A stretch of 64,000 nucleotides of DNA from Hydrolagus colliei (lineage: Eukaryota), in the NCBI GenBank assembly GCA_035084275.1, contig CM068752.1:7068001-7132000 (forward strand). Direction: 5' to 3'. The translations under genes were made by a program, and so were the position numbers. Below are positions 1 to 13,041 of the stretch, piece after piece (within the stretch, counting starts at the first letter, position 1; every line of letters starts with the position of its first letter). The notes under the pieces were generated by a model. That model ran no database searches, was not told the DNA's origin, and was given only the letters and a program-made list of their open reading frames with translations.

Positions 1-637
1 TTCAACAAATGCAAGCATTATTATCTTAGTAACTAGGCAGATGAATATTGCTTCATAGATGTGAATATCAAATATATTAAAATAAAGTTGTGTTGATACG
101 TAAGCTCAGGAAATTCATTTTGCAATAAATCAGATCACCAAGTCTTGACAAAAGCATTTAAGAGCAGAGCCCAGTGAGAATCATATTTATAGTTGTCGAG
201 CACATTCAGATTGGCTCTATGATCTGTCAAGTTTCTGTCCTGATTCATCAAATTGAAGCCATTAGATGTACTTTAATCCTAATGCTCATCGATGAAACCA
301 CCTCCAAATGCTTGAACATGAGACCCACATTCGGTGAGATGAAAGGTGTACATAATCAGCAGTGAATTCTAATCAGAGGTTCGCTATGTCCATATCCAAG
401 AGTGCAAAACACAACATGCCAACTGATCAGGAGATTGAATTACTTACTGCTTTTAATCCTGCTGTTTTATGCAGATGTTTTATGCTTTATAATTTTTAGT
501 TAATTTTTTAATGTTTTTGTTTTCATTGGTGGATGCAGTAGATATCTCCTGTTTTTACTGTAAATCCTGCCTTTCTGTTAAATTGTAGTACGTTGATTAA
601 TGAAAAGCTTTTAAATAAGATGGTTATTTAATTTCAG

Positions 638-868
638 CCATCCCTCACAGCCCATCAGTCAGCACAGGACTGTTGCTTATTGTGCCACCATGAACGTAAA
701 GACTGGGGAGCACAACCAAATGGGATTGGGGATTTAAAGACACTGGCACATGCGGTGCCAACATTGGCACACACCATTTTGGAGCACATGCCTCTCTGGA
801 TATGTCAGACCTGTCAAAGGAGAGTTGAGGAAGAGGAGCAACGATCCATTCTTGAGCATACCCTCATG
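638..868 (+). CDS. FAM193B: FAM193B internal coding exon (first in window; upstream exon(s) lie outside)
   Basis: Acceptor tttcAG at 636-637, donor ATG|GTaaat at 869. 231 nt, phase 0-0. Translates PSLTAHQSAQDCCLLCHHERKDW...LEHMPLWICQTCQRRVEEEE, matching the FAM193B N-terminal CCLLCHxERK...MPLWxCQxC motif. Confidence 0.9.
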
Positions 869-1264
869 GTAAATACAAACTTTTCTATCGCTAGCAATAT
901 ATCTGAAATTTTTTCATTAAGACTATGAATTCCTTTGGACTGCGAAAACGTATTCAATGAGATAATTGTAAACTTACGAAATGCTTTGGGGTTAGGGGAA
1001 ACTTGGTTTCTGTGGGAATTGGGGCAGTTTAATTCAGAATGCAGTTGATTAAGTTGATTTCATTTAATGCAGTAATTTATTTTTGGTGCTCATTCTTGGG
1101 AGGCAATGAAGCACCACTTTATTTGTTACCTACTGTCAGCATTGTAATAGTTAATTAAAATTTGTGACCCTGCGGTGAAGTAACAACTAATACAAATGTT
1201 GTACAAAAATGTACAGTTTATGAATTTAGATTAGTAGTAGTTATAAGTAACTAAACGAGACATC

Positions 1265-1735
1265 ACAACTCCGACTCCAGGACCACTGCTGTCCTGACAG
1301 AATATCTGTCAGATATCAATTCATCAAGTCCTGGATGACAGCTAACTTTCTCCAGTTGAGTGTCAATAAGCATCTTGTTTGACCTTCAACTGTCCCCACA
1401 TCTGTGCCATGACCCACTTTGGCTTTCCCGACCTCTGCAACATTACCCAACTCTGCCACTGCCTCACCCCTCAGGCCACCGAAACACTCATCCACGCTCT
1501 TATTACGTCTAGGTTCAACTATGCCAGCTACCTGCTTGTCAGCCTTCACCGCTCTCCCTCCACAAGCTGCAGATCATCTTAAACTCTGCAACTCATGTCA
1601 TCTCCTGCACCAGCTCCGTAACCCCATTACCCTCGCCAGGATCCATTAGCTCCCCATTCCCCAAAGGATAAGAGTTCAAAACCCTTGACCTCATCTTCAA
1701 AGCCCTCGACGGCCTTGCTCCTTCCTATCTTTGTG
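1265..1735 (+). mobile_element. L2-clade LINE ORF2 3' fragment
   Basis: Decayed ETLIHALITSRFNYAS-type peptide; similar to other copies in the window. Confidence 0.8.
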
Positions 1736-4221
1736 AAGACTGATTGTCCCAATGTTTGTAAAGCATGCAATGATTGGCCAGGATATGGTCTGGCAACAAT
1801 GTTTTTTCCCACCAAACATCAAAGAATGTCCTACAGTCAGTGAGAGTTGGAAATGGGGCCGATGTCTCTGTTGCTTATTGGCGAGTTTGACTGAATCAGA
1901 AAAGGGATATTAGATATATAGCTGGCTGGATCAATCAGGGAGACGGAATTTCTGTTTAAGTGTAATTACAATCCAGTTAACACCATTTACTAGGTTTTTT
2001 TTTAGTGCCGGCTTTTTCCAGTACTGAAAATGCAGATAAATGCTAGTACCAGCATTTAAATGTTTTAAATTTAGCCAATAAGCTATCTTCTGCTTATGGG
2101 GTTCAAACTGAGTCAATGTTGAAACCCCCAACCACTGAAGGCCAGCAAGGGTGAGATACAAATTCCTGTCCGATAAGCCAGGCTTCACTGTATTTTTAAA
2201 TACAACTGAGACTCTTCTGGATGTTTGATTGGGCAATAAAATAATGTTCATATTAAGTAGATGGGCACATAGAAGATGTGGATACTTTAATGAGTTTCAG
2301 TTAGCCTTGGTTAGATATGAAATGCCAAAACAATTACCCGTGTAAAACTCTAAATAAAATTTGGCTGTTGATTCAGAAAGACATCTTGAAGGACTTGTTT
2401 GTTGGTAGAATAGGAAAACCAGAATTACAGTAAAAAGAAATTTCCTGGAGAGAATTTCCTAGCATCAATAATCTTTTACCACTGCCTCAGTATATTTACA
2501 AACAATTTCCGTAAATTAGTACATATACTGGAACTCCTCACTATACATTATCCAGATATACGTTGTTTCATTTATACGTTGTTGGTGAATTAATTAATAG
2601 TTTGAAATAATTAGAAAATTGGATTAATTAAAGGGATATTAGCTGATTACATTTTTATTAGTTGTTGAGTAAAAATATAAATAAGATAATAAATACAATT
2701 AAGAGAACACTTATTGAGGAGATGGTTGATGTGGTGCAGGATCGGAGTGGTGGGAGGGGGTGGAGGAATCAATCAGATGAAGGGGCCTACCTCTCGTACG
2801 GATCCCCAGCGGGGCCCCTCCCTCCCTGCATCACGCCGCCTCACCAAACAGCTGATCGCTAGCACGTGTTTGCTCATTTGTACACTTCAACAACTTCAGA
2901 AAAAATTTACTACCACAACATCTTCTGTAAATGTTCTCTTGTGTTTTTATCTTATTTAGATATTAAATATTTATTAAATGTTTATTTTAATTTTCAATAC
3001 GAGTAGTGTAGATTTTGGTCTTTATTTCATATTAGTGTAAGAAAATTTAGATCAGAAATGTACAGAAGGATCATAACCCCTATTTATATCATTAGGTCCT
3101 TATGGTAATTTAGGTTTTGCTATACGTTGTTTCAATTAAAGTCGCACTTTTCAAGAACACATCAAACATTAATTGAGGAGTCCCAGTATTGTTAAGTTAC
3201 ATGAAAGCAATAAGATTCAACAAAATCGATACAGTATTACCAATTTCTCCATTGGAGAAATCGCTGACCTCACAACTGTACCTAGTTTGATGATTCCAAA
3301 TACTTTACAGTTAATTGTTTATACCCCAATTAACCAATGTGACCCAACCAATGTGACCCTTACAACCCTAAGATAAGAGTCCAACGGATGTTTTGTCCAA
3401 TCAAATCCAAACTTTGATTAGCCAATCGTATTTTCTTACTATCTTTTCCTTATTCCTTACTCAGGTTACCCCATAGGTTATCAAGGTTTAATTTCAGGAA
3501 TTTGGGAGTTGTTCTCGAAGCCTCTGATAACAAGTATGAAAAGTTCACTTTGGGAATTAATTGACACCTTTAAGTCATAATTTTTTTTCCCAGCCAGACT
3601 GCAAGGCAGTCCAGAGTTCAATTAATCAGAACAGTATACTATCCAAGGTGTATCACACATTACTGTTTGACCCCAATCTTCCAAATAAGGAATGGAACAA
3701 CATCCATCCATATCAAATGTGTCACAGAACCCGAACACCAGACCTCAACTCCCCTTTCTGGTCCAAGTTTTAAAACCGACTCCTAAAATCAATCAAGATA
3801 TTGCTTCCAGTCCTTACACACACCGTATCAAACAATGATCTTAACCATAATCTTAAGCCACTTATCTGTTTCTTGCTTTGGAGTTACGTGTATTTGTTCA
3901 AACTTTTATGTTTTGCCTTTCCCCTTCCCTTACCTACAAGTTGGGATTCTGATTTTTTTTGTTTTAACTGATAAACCCCAATACAAAAGAAAATGAAATT
4001 TGTGTTTATCCAACAAACACTGAAAATACCTGCCCTGGTGCAACTCTGAGGTGAAGTTTTCACTCACTTTTGACGGTATGCCAACTGCAAATGTGTCACT
4101 CTCCTCAGATGCAAGTACATCTGATGAAGCATTTGAGAGGATGGTGGCATGAGAGTAATATCTATTCAGTTTTCCCTGAAAGAAACAAGACAAATGTGCA
4201 ATAGTGTCCATGCATGTGTGA

Positions 4222-4871
4222 GGTTCCGCCACATCCAAGCCATAACCCGCTCTGCCTTCCCTCACCTCTGCAACATTGCCCAATTCCACCACAACCTCAG
4301 TCCGCTGAAACCCTCATTCATACTTTCATCATGTCTAGGCTCGATTATGCCCTGCTTGTCGGCATTCCCAACTCCTCTCTCCATAGACGATCTAGCACTC
4401 TGCAGCTTGTGTCCACTCCCGCACCAAGCTCCACAATCCCATTCTCACCCGACTTCATTGGCTCTCCATCACCCAGAGGATTCAATTAAACATCCTGTCC
4501 TCACCTTTAAAAGCCCTCCATGGCCTTGCTCATCCTATCTCTGTGATACCAACCTGCCCGCTCCGTATGCTCAGTGATCTCCGGCCTGTTTCATGTCCCC
4601 CAATCCACCCGCCCCACCATCGGCAGATGAGCTTTCAGTCATTTCTGCCTCCAACCTCTGGGATTCTAGCCTCCAATCCCTCCGCTTCGCCTCCTCCGTA
4701 GGCTCCTTCAAGTCGACCTCAAGACCCTCATTTTGGCGGTCTCTTTGGTCACCCCATATCCCCTCCACCCTCGCCGATCCCGACCCCAGCTCAGGTCTGA
4801 AACACTATCTGTCCAGTGCCTTAGGACATCCTCCCGACGTGAAAGTCGCAATCCAAATGTAATTTTGTTGT
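4222..4871 (+). mobile_element. L2-clade LINE 3' end
   Basis: AETLIHTFIMSRLDY peptide; tail gccttaggacatcctcccgacgtgaaagtcgc...aaatgtaattttgttg. Confidence 0.85.
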
Positions 4872-4912
4872 CATCTCTTTCTGCTATTTAAAGTTTGGAA
4901 GCCACTGGTGTA

Positions 4913-5481
4913 TAGGTATCCCCCGATTTACAACAGAGTTGCGTTCCTAAAAACCGTCACACAAATCGAAATGTCGTGAATCGAAACGCGGTTTCCCATG
5001 TCCAATTATATAACCCGAGATGCCTTCTTTTCACAAAATTTTTGGACATTAAACCCACTAAATAACACACAAAACACACTAAATACCACACATAGGCAAG
5101 AAAGGGTACTTTGGGTAACTGTACAGCACTGTCCTTTAATACTGGTTTGGCGTGGTGTTGCTTGAAAATCAGTTGGCTTTTAAACAATGACATAGTGACA
5201 TGCTATTGGCCAGTTCAAATGCATGGATACACTATACGACTGCGATTTTACCGCGAAATACAATATGTACAGCGCATGCGCAAAAAAGACGTGCTAAATA
5301 CAACTCAGATTTCACCACGAAATACGCTATGTACTGCGCATGCATAAAAAAGATGCGACAAAATTTTTTGGTCGTTAAAACAAAACCAAATGTCATATAT
5401 TAATTAAAAAGGTATTAAAAAATTATGTTCATTAAATCAGAACAATGTAAATAGAACTGTCATAAATCGGGGGGATACCTG
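4913..5481. mobile_element. Tigger/pogo-like (Tc1/mariner superfamily) non-autonomous DNA transposon
   Basis: TIRs (t)aggtatcccccgatttacaacag and ctgtcataaatcggggggatacctg, flanked by TA at 4911-4912 and 5482-5483. Confidence 0.85.
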
Positions 5482-6057
5482 TACTGTATTCCAATGAGAG
5501 CTTCCTTGTTTCATATATACTGTAGTAATGAAAGGTGCTATTCAGATGTAATATGTTGTTATTTCTTGCTTAAACAGGATCAACCAGAATTCCTTAGATC
5601 TCATTTAAATTGGTAAAACATGTGACAGGTTTAAGTGGAGTCCTGTAGCTCAGTGGTTAGAGCACTGAAGTTCAAGGATTATAAACATAACTAACCAAAT
5701 TATTTATAGTGTTGCTAATTTTAATATTTAAACAGCATTTTCAATGTAATACAAATGTTGCTTCGGGCTGAATTGTTTTATTTGTACAGTACTAGAAAAG
5801 TAGCTTTGAGAGTTCCATGTAATTTTACAGACATTAACACTGAGCATGCTGGCTATGAATCTGGAAAGAGTGCCCTCTTTTGGCCAAAGTAGCTAACTTA
5901 ATTCTGTTTCTATTTCTAAAATGTATAGTAAACCATGCAAGTCCTTGTATAATCTTTCCATTTTCATCTATCCAAAAGATACTAGTGCAGACTTTAATTT
6001 GTTGCGTTCCCTGCTGCGCGATAGGATATAGGTAAAAAAATAATATTTTTCTTTCAG

Positions 6058-6294
6058 ATTGGACAAAATGAATGTCAGGCACATAAACGAGAGGCGTCTG
6101 GTGAGTCAACAAGAACAGTGACAGAGGTAGATGGAGTCCCTGGGTATCACAGGTCACCTACTGAAAAATGTCACTACTCTGCAATCCATTGCTGTCATCA
6201 AATGCATAGACATTCATTGGGGCCCAGTAATCCTCATCCACACCAGTTACAACTTCTACCATGCACCGCCACCTCCAATGGCACATATACAAAG
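6058..6294 (+). CDS. FAM193B: probable FAM193B coding exon (poorly conserved, His/Cys-rich)
   Basis: Acceptor tttttctttcAG at 6056-6057, donor AAG|GTaagg at 6295. 237 nt, open in phase 0-0 (IGQNECQAHKREASG...NGTYTK). Homology is weak, so the call rests on splice signals and frame. Confidence 0.65.
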
Positions 6295-6608
6295 GTAAGG
6301 AGACAAAATCCTAAAAGTGTAAAAGTTGAGACTTGATTTGGGTTCCCTACTAAAGTCACTATTATTGGAATTGGTTTTATTGATAATGTTTGCTCTTTAA
6401 TTATTTGCAAAAAATGATTGTTTTAAATTCTGTTATTTGAACCACGACACTTGTGAGGTATGTATCCTATGAGTTGGTATGCTTTAAATACTTTTTTTTT
6501 CTAAATGAAAAAACTGCTTTTGATGGTGATGCTTATTTGCAGCATGTATTTTGATTAAATTCTGTCTTTTAATTACTTCAATTTGTTTTCATTTCCACCA
6601 ATTACTAG

Positions 6609-6714
6609 GAATCCAGCAAAGTAAGCAGTGACTGTTCCAGATTGCCCTCTTGTGTCTCCATAAAAGCCAATCCTGTGCAATGTAAGAGCATGTCCAGAAG
6701 GCCAACGCTACCAG
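6609..6714 (+). CDS. FAM193B: FAM193B coding exon
   Basis: Acceptor actAG at 6607-6608, donor CAG|GTaatg at 6715. Phase 0-1. ESSKVSSDCSRLPSCVSIKANPVQCKSMSRRPTLP(G); the end resembles FAM193B PPTIPG. Confidence 0.75.
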
Positions 6715-7364
6715 GTAATGTCCTGTAAACTGTTTACTGTAGTCTGTTTGAATGGTATTTTTGATCCCCTGTTGCACTTGCTTCCTATTTTATGCATTCT
6801 ATCCTGAAGCTGGAATGCATCAAAGGTACATACAGCGCAACTCACTCAAAATGCAATGAAAGGTTTTTGTAGTAATCATGCATGAAATTAATGTATTCCA
6901 TCTTATTCTAGTGGCTTGGGACGTCCTGACGTGAAAGGCGCTCTGTAATATTGTTGTTGTTGTTGTGTTCCATTAGTAGCATCCGTGTGCATGTGAATGC
7001 ATCATCTCTGTTCAGGGGAAGATGCTGTTTTGCTGCCTCATTCTTCTACAGTGTTCCCTTCCATCATTAGGAGCATGTAAGAAAAGCATGTTTAGGTGAT
7101 CTGCTCGTTGCAGATTCAATTTGGTTGGGTCTGATTGGGATACCCCATTTTCTCTTTAGTCTTTCTTGTTCTGCCTCCCCCCTCTCTGTTAGTCCTTGAA
7201 AGCCTTTCCAACATGCTCCAGTTCTGACAAAGGGTCGTGGATCTGAAATGTTGACTCACTTTTCTTTCTTCATAGATGCTGGCTGATCTTCTGAGTGTTC
7301 GTGACTTCTGTTTTTGTTTGATCTTAAATAAGTTGCAATTGCCTGACTCCACCACTACATAAGA

Positions 7365-7948
7365 ACTACCTCACCACTCAGGTTCCTGAAATACATGCAT
7401 TCATCATCTCAAGGCTCGACTGCAGAAACACCCTCCTTGTTGGCCTGGCCTCCCCAACACTTCTCTCCGCAAGCTCCAGATCATTCAAACCTCTAAGCTT
7501 GTGTCGTCTCCCGCACTAGGCTCTGTGACCCAATTACGCCCTCTTCCACTGGCTCCCCATCCCTCAGAGGATAAAATTCAAAATCCTCTTCCGAACTTTC
7601 AAAGCCCTCCACGGCCTTCCTCCCTCCTACCTCTCTGATCCGCTGTCCCCTGGTCCACTCCTTCTGTTCAGCAGGCTCCAGCCTGATCCGCCCTAGCATC
7701 GGCAACCAGGCTTTCAGCCTCTCTGCCCTCACCCTTTGGAATTCCATCCCACAATCCTTTTGCTTTACTACCTCCCTTGCCTCCTTCAAGGCACGACTCA
7801 AAACCCTCCTTTTCGACCGTGCCTTCAGCTGCCCTTCTACCTCTCTGCCCTCCCTCATCCCAACCCTAACTCCTGAACCTGAACTGGGATGCCTCTTGGG
7901 ACATCCTCCCAACATGAAAGGCGCTTTATAAATGTAATTTTGTTTTTT
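7365..7948 (+). mobile_element. L2-clade LINE 3' end
   Basis: ORF2 C-terminal remnant plus tail ttgggacatcctcccaacatgaaaggcgctttataaatgtaattttg. Confidence 0.85.
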
Positions 7949-8340
7949 CATTAGTTAATAATAATAAACTTAATTCTGCACAAGAAGCACACTAATCCAT
8001 ATAATATACCAATTGGCTACTAATGTTAGCGTATAGCCTGTCTAAGCAAGAAAAAGCCTTGGTAAACGCTTAACTGGGAAAAGGCAGACTGCCATCCACT
8101 TTAACTTATGTTGCCCTTTGGTTTATCCTATTTTTTTAACAGATGATTTTTATTCACTAAGCAGTTATTCAAAGATGGTATACTGTAATTTGCTGCTGCT
8201 GTATATTTTTTAAATTCAGAAATGGACACTGTAGTTTAAATTCTTATGATTCCCAACCCAAAGCCATTGATCATTGTTTTTTTGTGTGTTCTTTCTTCGG
8301 ATTTTATTCCTATAATGACCAACGGGAGTTTGTCTTCCAG

Positions 8341-8815
8341 GTGGGGAGTTCCATTGTTCAGAAGATAACAGATATTCTGTCCTTGCAGCACCTCCTAACA
8401 GCCCCACTGGCCTGCCCTCCAAAACTCTTCCAACACAAAAATCTCCATCTCAAGTTACTAATGACCCAATGGCTTCCATTCACCAACATCAACACAGACA
8501 TGTGACCGCCACATCTTTCTGTTCTTTGCCACACTCCACAGCCTCCACAAACTCAAATCGGACACAACCTGTGGCAGCTGAGCTTCCACATGTTCATGTA
8601 TCTAAGACTACTGTGACCTCCACTAGTGTATCTCCAAATCCGTCCATGTCAAAAGCAGCTGCTGCTTCTCCAGGTGGCAGCTCTCCTGCCCCTATCAGCG
8701 GCCTGTCTCCTTTTCCGAACACTGCAGTGGCAGCCCCTGTCTGCACCAGTCACTATAATGGAGCCTGCTCAATCGTAGCCACACCAAGTCCAGCTGCTCC
8801 TAATGGAGTCTGCAG
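8341..8815 (+). CDS. FAM193B: FAM193B coding exon (Ser/Pro/Thr-rich)
   Basis: Acceptor tcttccAG at 8339-8340, donor CAG|GTttg at 8816. Phase 1-2. Contains LAAPPNSPTG (FAM193B LTAPPNSPTG); in frame with ORF 8469..8858. Confidence 0.88.
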
Positions 8816-9990
8816 GTTTGTATTCTCACAAACTTTGTACAAAAACACGCTTGGATAATAATCCCTCAAGAAAAAATAAAATAAAACAATAATAAGTTGG
8901 TTACTCAATACCTGCTGTGTGCAATTGGCTGCTGTGTTTTGCCCACAAAATATACAGTCAGTTCACTTCACAGTATAATCAGTGAAGCACTTTGTACTAT
9001 CTAGAAAACATGAAAATGCAAGGATTATTATAATTTGTATTAAGACTGGAATGTTTCCACTAATGTTTCCAGCGCCTTGGGACGTCGTCCTGACGTGAAA
9101 GGTGCTATATACAAGTGTAATTTTGTTGTTGCTGTTGTAATACTGACAGGTATTTAGCTTGTAAGGTAGTAGGGGATATTGGGTCTTTAAACAAGAAAGT
9201 TTCATTACGCCGTAAAACCAAAATAATGAAGCTGTAGTTTCCCCATCTGGTGGTGGTGAAATAAGGCGTTTTAATTTTTTACCAAACGTACTTTACTGTA
9301 AGAACTTAGGTTTTCCTTTTTTCAATAAAATTTGAATGTATAACAGGAACCAGCGTGACAATAGCCGGATTTCCACTAAGCAGCAACATTACATAGATTT
9401 ACTGAATTATTGGATTGTGTAACGTGGAAACTGTATAAATGGGGCCTGGGAATTTTGCCCATTCCCAAGTTATTTTGGTAACAACATACATTACATGGGA
9501 ATTACTACATATAAAGTGTTGTAAGCAGCATTTTAAGTCCACATTTGTTTGAAATCAATGATGCAATCGTTGTACAACCTCTGATGGTGGGGCAGCAGAT
9601 GCGAGAGACGAGCAGGCGGCCAGTCGAGTGGAAGTGACAGGTGATGGATTAGGGAGTGAGGAGGTTGAAGAGGTAGAGAGGTGCCAGGGAGTAAGCAGGT
9701 TTGAACAGGAGTGTCAGGATCTTGAAGTTGATCCGTTTGGTGATGGAGAGCCAATGGAGCCTAATCAGAACTGGTGAATAATAATAATAATCCTTGCATT
9801 TGGATTGAACATTTCAGGAGGTGGTCACCCCCTGGCCACAGAGGGTTCAGGTGGAGAGTGACTGTGGGCTCTTGAATTCAGATTCTTGTGCACACTGTAT
9901 TTGAAGTCGTACCATTTTCTTAACTGCAGTATAATCTGTGATGGCAGTGTGCCTTTTTTAAAACCCTACTGTTTTATTGCCTACTTGTAG

Positions 9991-10183
9991 AGACCAGTTG
10001 TGCAAGAATCATCTGTGCACAAATGAAGCTGGCTACACCTTGGAAAAGCCGCACAATGCTGAAGAGAGCCTGGAAGAAGATGACAGCTGCTCAGAGCACA
10101 GCTCGTGTACTTCCCACTCAGCTAATCAGAAAGAAGGAAAGTACTGCGATTGTTGCTACTGCGAATTCTTTGGGCATGGACCG
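9991..10183 (+). CDS. FAM193B: FAM193B coding exon with conserved Cys cluster
   Basis: Acceptor ttgtAG at 9989-9990, donor CCG|GTaaga at 10184. EEDDSCSEHSSCTS...QKEGKYCDCCYCEFFGH is a FAM193 family signature. Confidence 0.95.
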
Positions 10184-10778
10184 GTAAGAGTAATCAACTG
10201 GAAAATGAATATTATAAGCTGTACACCTGTGATAGGAATGTTCTAATATAGTAGACAGGTGCGGGGCAAAGTTTAATTTTGAGCGATATTTGCAAGATTT
10301 GGGGTACACCAATAATAGTCTGAAGAACAACTTTATCCTGTTAATTTGTACTGTGAAATAATGTGATCGATTCCTTTCTCATTTTTAACCACCGAATAAG
10401 CCACTGATAGGCCAATGGGTAGATGTACTGATAGTTTGCAACTAAGCCATACAACAACAGCAACTTGCATTTATATAGCGTTGTCTACGCCTGGCGCTTT
10501 CTCAGAGCGCTTAACAATGGTGGACAGTAATAGCCCTAGAGTCGAGAGTAGAGGCAGAGAGATAGAGTTGGGTGTCATCTGCATACATGTGGAAGTTAAC
10601 GCCATGTCTGATGGCCAGAAGCAGAGTAGTGACCCTGATCATCTGAGGGAGAATTGTGCTGAAATATTTATTACACATGGTGTGGTTAAAATATTGTGGA
10701 TACTTCTGTTTTAATTTGACTGAGGCTGTAGATCCTCATGGCTACGCATTTACGAAATGTATCAAATTGATCGAATGA

Positions 10779-11216
<438 letters not shown>

Positions 11217-11447
11217 TAACTATATTTTGTGAAAAGGAAATTGGTGGTGTGGTGGGGGGGCGGATTTGCAAAAAGTATCACCCAGTACCAAATGCCAGCT
11301 GGCCTGTATACATTCCATACACCAGACTCTGTTCTGACACTCCAGGTACACAATTGTAAATGAAGCTTGTCTGTCCATTGCGTGGATTTTGTTTTGTGCA
11401 GCTGATAAAGGTGAACCCTTATCTTACTATCTATCTGTGTGCTCCAG

Positions 11448-12591
11448 CAGGAAAAAGCCCGGTCAGAAGCTTGCGATCAAAGACCAGAGAAGCCATGCCC
11501 ATCACGGCTACATATACAAGACATCGATAAAGTATCTATGCTAAATCAGCATATTCAAGGAGGTATAGAGGAGAAAGTTTTGAAATATAACCAACATATC
11601 CAAGATGACATTGATGAAAAAGTTTCCAAACTCAACCAGCATATCCAAGATGATATAGAAGAAACACTTAACCAGCAAGAACTATGGCACCAAATAAAAT
11701 TGCAGCAAGTAAGCAGCATTCTGACCAGCAGATTGGAGCAGCTAAAAGATCGAATCCGACACTCCATCAAAGCAAACTTTAGTCTCTGCGATCTGCCCTT
11801 AGACAAGAATGATTTTCCAGAGATCTTCTCGGTGGAGAAAGATATTTTGTATGGCAATATGGAAAAAGAGGAACTGGCAATAATAGACCATCAAAAACTC
11901 AATCTAAACCTGTCTCTATTGTCCCAGGGCACTATGCAGAATCATTTGTTAAATGGAAGTAAACACATAGTCACCCCAAATCAAGAACACAATGGTTCAG
12001 AGTTTTCTGTATTTGAAACCCAATCTGGAAGGAAGTCAAAGGGAAACTGTTTATTACCATCAAAGGCTCCCAACCGTTCTAAACTCCTACTGGAAGATGA
12101 CAGTGCAGTCAGATTGCAGGTGCCATCCTCAGAGTCTCGAGTGAAACAGCAGATAGTGAGAAGCGGGAAACAGCCCAAGCAGCCCAAGCAGCATGCTTCG
12201 GAGGAGACGATGGGAAAACCTTCGGGGTCAAGAAAGGACCATGAGCAGATTCTAGCTGCAAAGGTGGAGGGCTCCAAACAGCACACCTCCAGCTTGTTCA
12301 CCAAACAGAAGGGCAACCAGGCCCATGAAATCAAATCAGCAGAGAGCCAGACAAGGAGGGCAACTGCCAAATGTGTTGATCCGAGACCAGGCAAATTGAA
12401 AGGGGTCAACTCTGAAGCTGCCGAGCATAGGAAAGGCAACACTAAGAATCCGAGTCATTACAAGGTGGAAGTTTCTGATACCAGAGAAGTCCAGGAGGAA
12501 CAGCATGGACCAGGAACCTCCTACTTGTCTCAGCCCAGAGGCAAAAATCAGAAAAACAAGAAGAAAAATGACAAACCCAATAGCTCTGTCG
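11448..12591 (+). CDS. FAM193B: FAM193B large coding exon
   Basis: Tandem acceptor CAGCAG (11445-11450; exon starts at 11448 or 11451), donor G|GTGAGT at 12592. Lies within the 401-aa ORF. SRLEQLKDRIRHSIKANFSLCDL and NLNLSLL resemble FAM193B [23 protein letters not shown] and NLDLSPL. Confidence 0.93.
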
Positions 12592-12615
12592 GTGAGTTTA
12601 ACCTGTCTAAATTAG

Positions 12616-13041
12616 CAACAACAACAATAAAATTACATTTGTAGAGTGCTTTTCACACCAGGAGGACATCGCAAGCGCTGAACAGTCTGGGATTAGGATC
12701 CGAGCATGGGGTACAAGGTTGGGATGAAAGAAGGCAGAAGGGTTAGCAGGGCAGCTGAAGGCATGGTTAAAAAGGAGGGTCTTGAGGCACGCGTTGAAGA
12801 AGGCAAGGCAAAGTGATTGTGGGATGGAGTTCCTAAGAGTGGGGGCAGAGAAACTGAAAGCATGGCTATCAATGGTAGGGTGGGTCAGCAGAAGACATGG
12901 AGCAGGCTGGAGCCTGCTGAACAGATTGGCTGCTGTGTTTCTCCCACAAATATAGTGAATTCACTTTACAGTATATTATGTGAAGCGCTTTGAGATGTCT
13001 CAAATACGTGAAAAGCACTATCAAATGCAAGGATTATTATT
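12616..13041 (-). mobile_element. L2 3' end (-) fused to a SINE 3' half (+)
   Basis: (caa)n-aaattacatttgtagagtgc tail starts about 25 nt into the intron; SINE body starts at about 12925 and ends aaatgcaaggattattatt. Confidence 0.8.

Noticed and set aside
5638-5668. tRNA-like sequence ggagtcctgtagctcagtggttagagcact (and similar heads at 22473, 31869, 38773, 56796 and 61413)
   Set aside because: These are SINE heads or fragments; no complete cloverleaf with a paired acceptor stem, so not called tRNA genes.
11555-12442. Antisense ORFs of 100 and 153 aa
   Set aside because: Shadow frames of the FAM193B large exon.
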